A stretch of DNA of 62,930 bases, counting the filler, from Choristocarpus tenellus KU-1152 (lineage: Eukaryota > Protista > Phaeophyceae): the NCBI GenBank assembly GCA_964200185.2. It is 6 parts of 6 records of this genome, joined end to end, with 100 filler letters (N's around TTAATTAATTAA, not from the genome) between each part and the next. Parts side by side here need not be neighbours in the genome. Positions count along the whole stretch, not along the records: positions 59,623 to 62,930 come from CAXNAD020020897.1; 5 more parts are not named here. One strand, 5' to 3'. Under the pieces are notes generated by a model that did no database searches, was not told the DNA's origin, and was given only the letters and a program-made list of their open reading frames with translations. This document shows positions 62,841 through 62,930 of the stretch, one piece after another (position 1 is the first letter of the stretch; every line of letters starts with the position of its first letter). Position numbers and translations under genes: made by a program.

Positions 62841-62930
62841 TAGGGGGGCTTATCCCAAGGCTCAAAGTATCTGGGGGGGGGGGGGGGGGGGGGTACCACC
62901 AAAAGGAGGAAGGACCCCAGCTCCAACCCC

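Overview
Eukaryotic, intron-rich nuclear DNA, most likely from a photosynthetic stramenopile such as a brown alga or relative. The basis is TTAGGG-type telomeric repeats, signal-peptide+F plastid-targeting N-termini and GT-AG introns. The window is six contigs joined by artificial 100-nt linkers (44 N + TTAATTAATTAA + 44 N), so adjacency across linkers is not biological. Genes: an LC8-type dynein light chain head-to-head with a patatin-like phospholipase (which has one GC-AG intron); an intronless DUF3598/BFA1-like protein carrying a CXXCH motif; an ApaH-like metallophosphoesterase; an inositol polyphosphate 4-phosphatase (CKSGKDRT); part of VPS13; the 5' end of a presenilin; and two partial hypothetical genes. 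Mobile DNA: a decayed Ty1/copia element with its 3' LTR; a TA-flanked DD39D-type mariner with an internal inversion and deletion; five CRE/SLACS-like non-LTR fragments; and an abundant ~260-bp MITE family (GAG...CTC ends, 3-4-bp TSD, central hairpin) with poly-G-tailed relatives at many contig ends. The most unusual signal is pervasive short TTAGGG/CCCTAA tracts in introns, including cases where near-matching MITE sequence appears rewritten into perfect telomeric repeats. CpG-rich gene 5' ends also stand out against CpG-poor gene bodies. All family assignments come from motif recognition by eye, without database searches.
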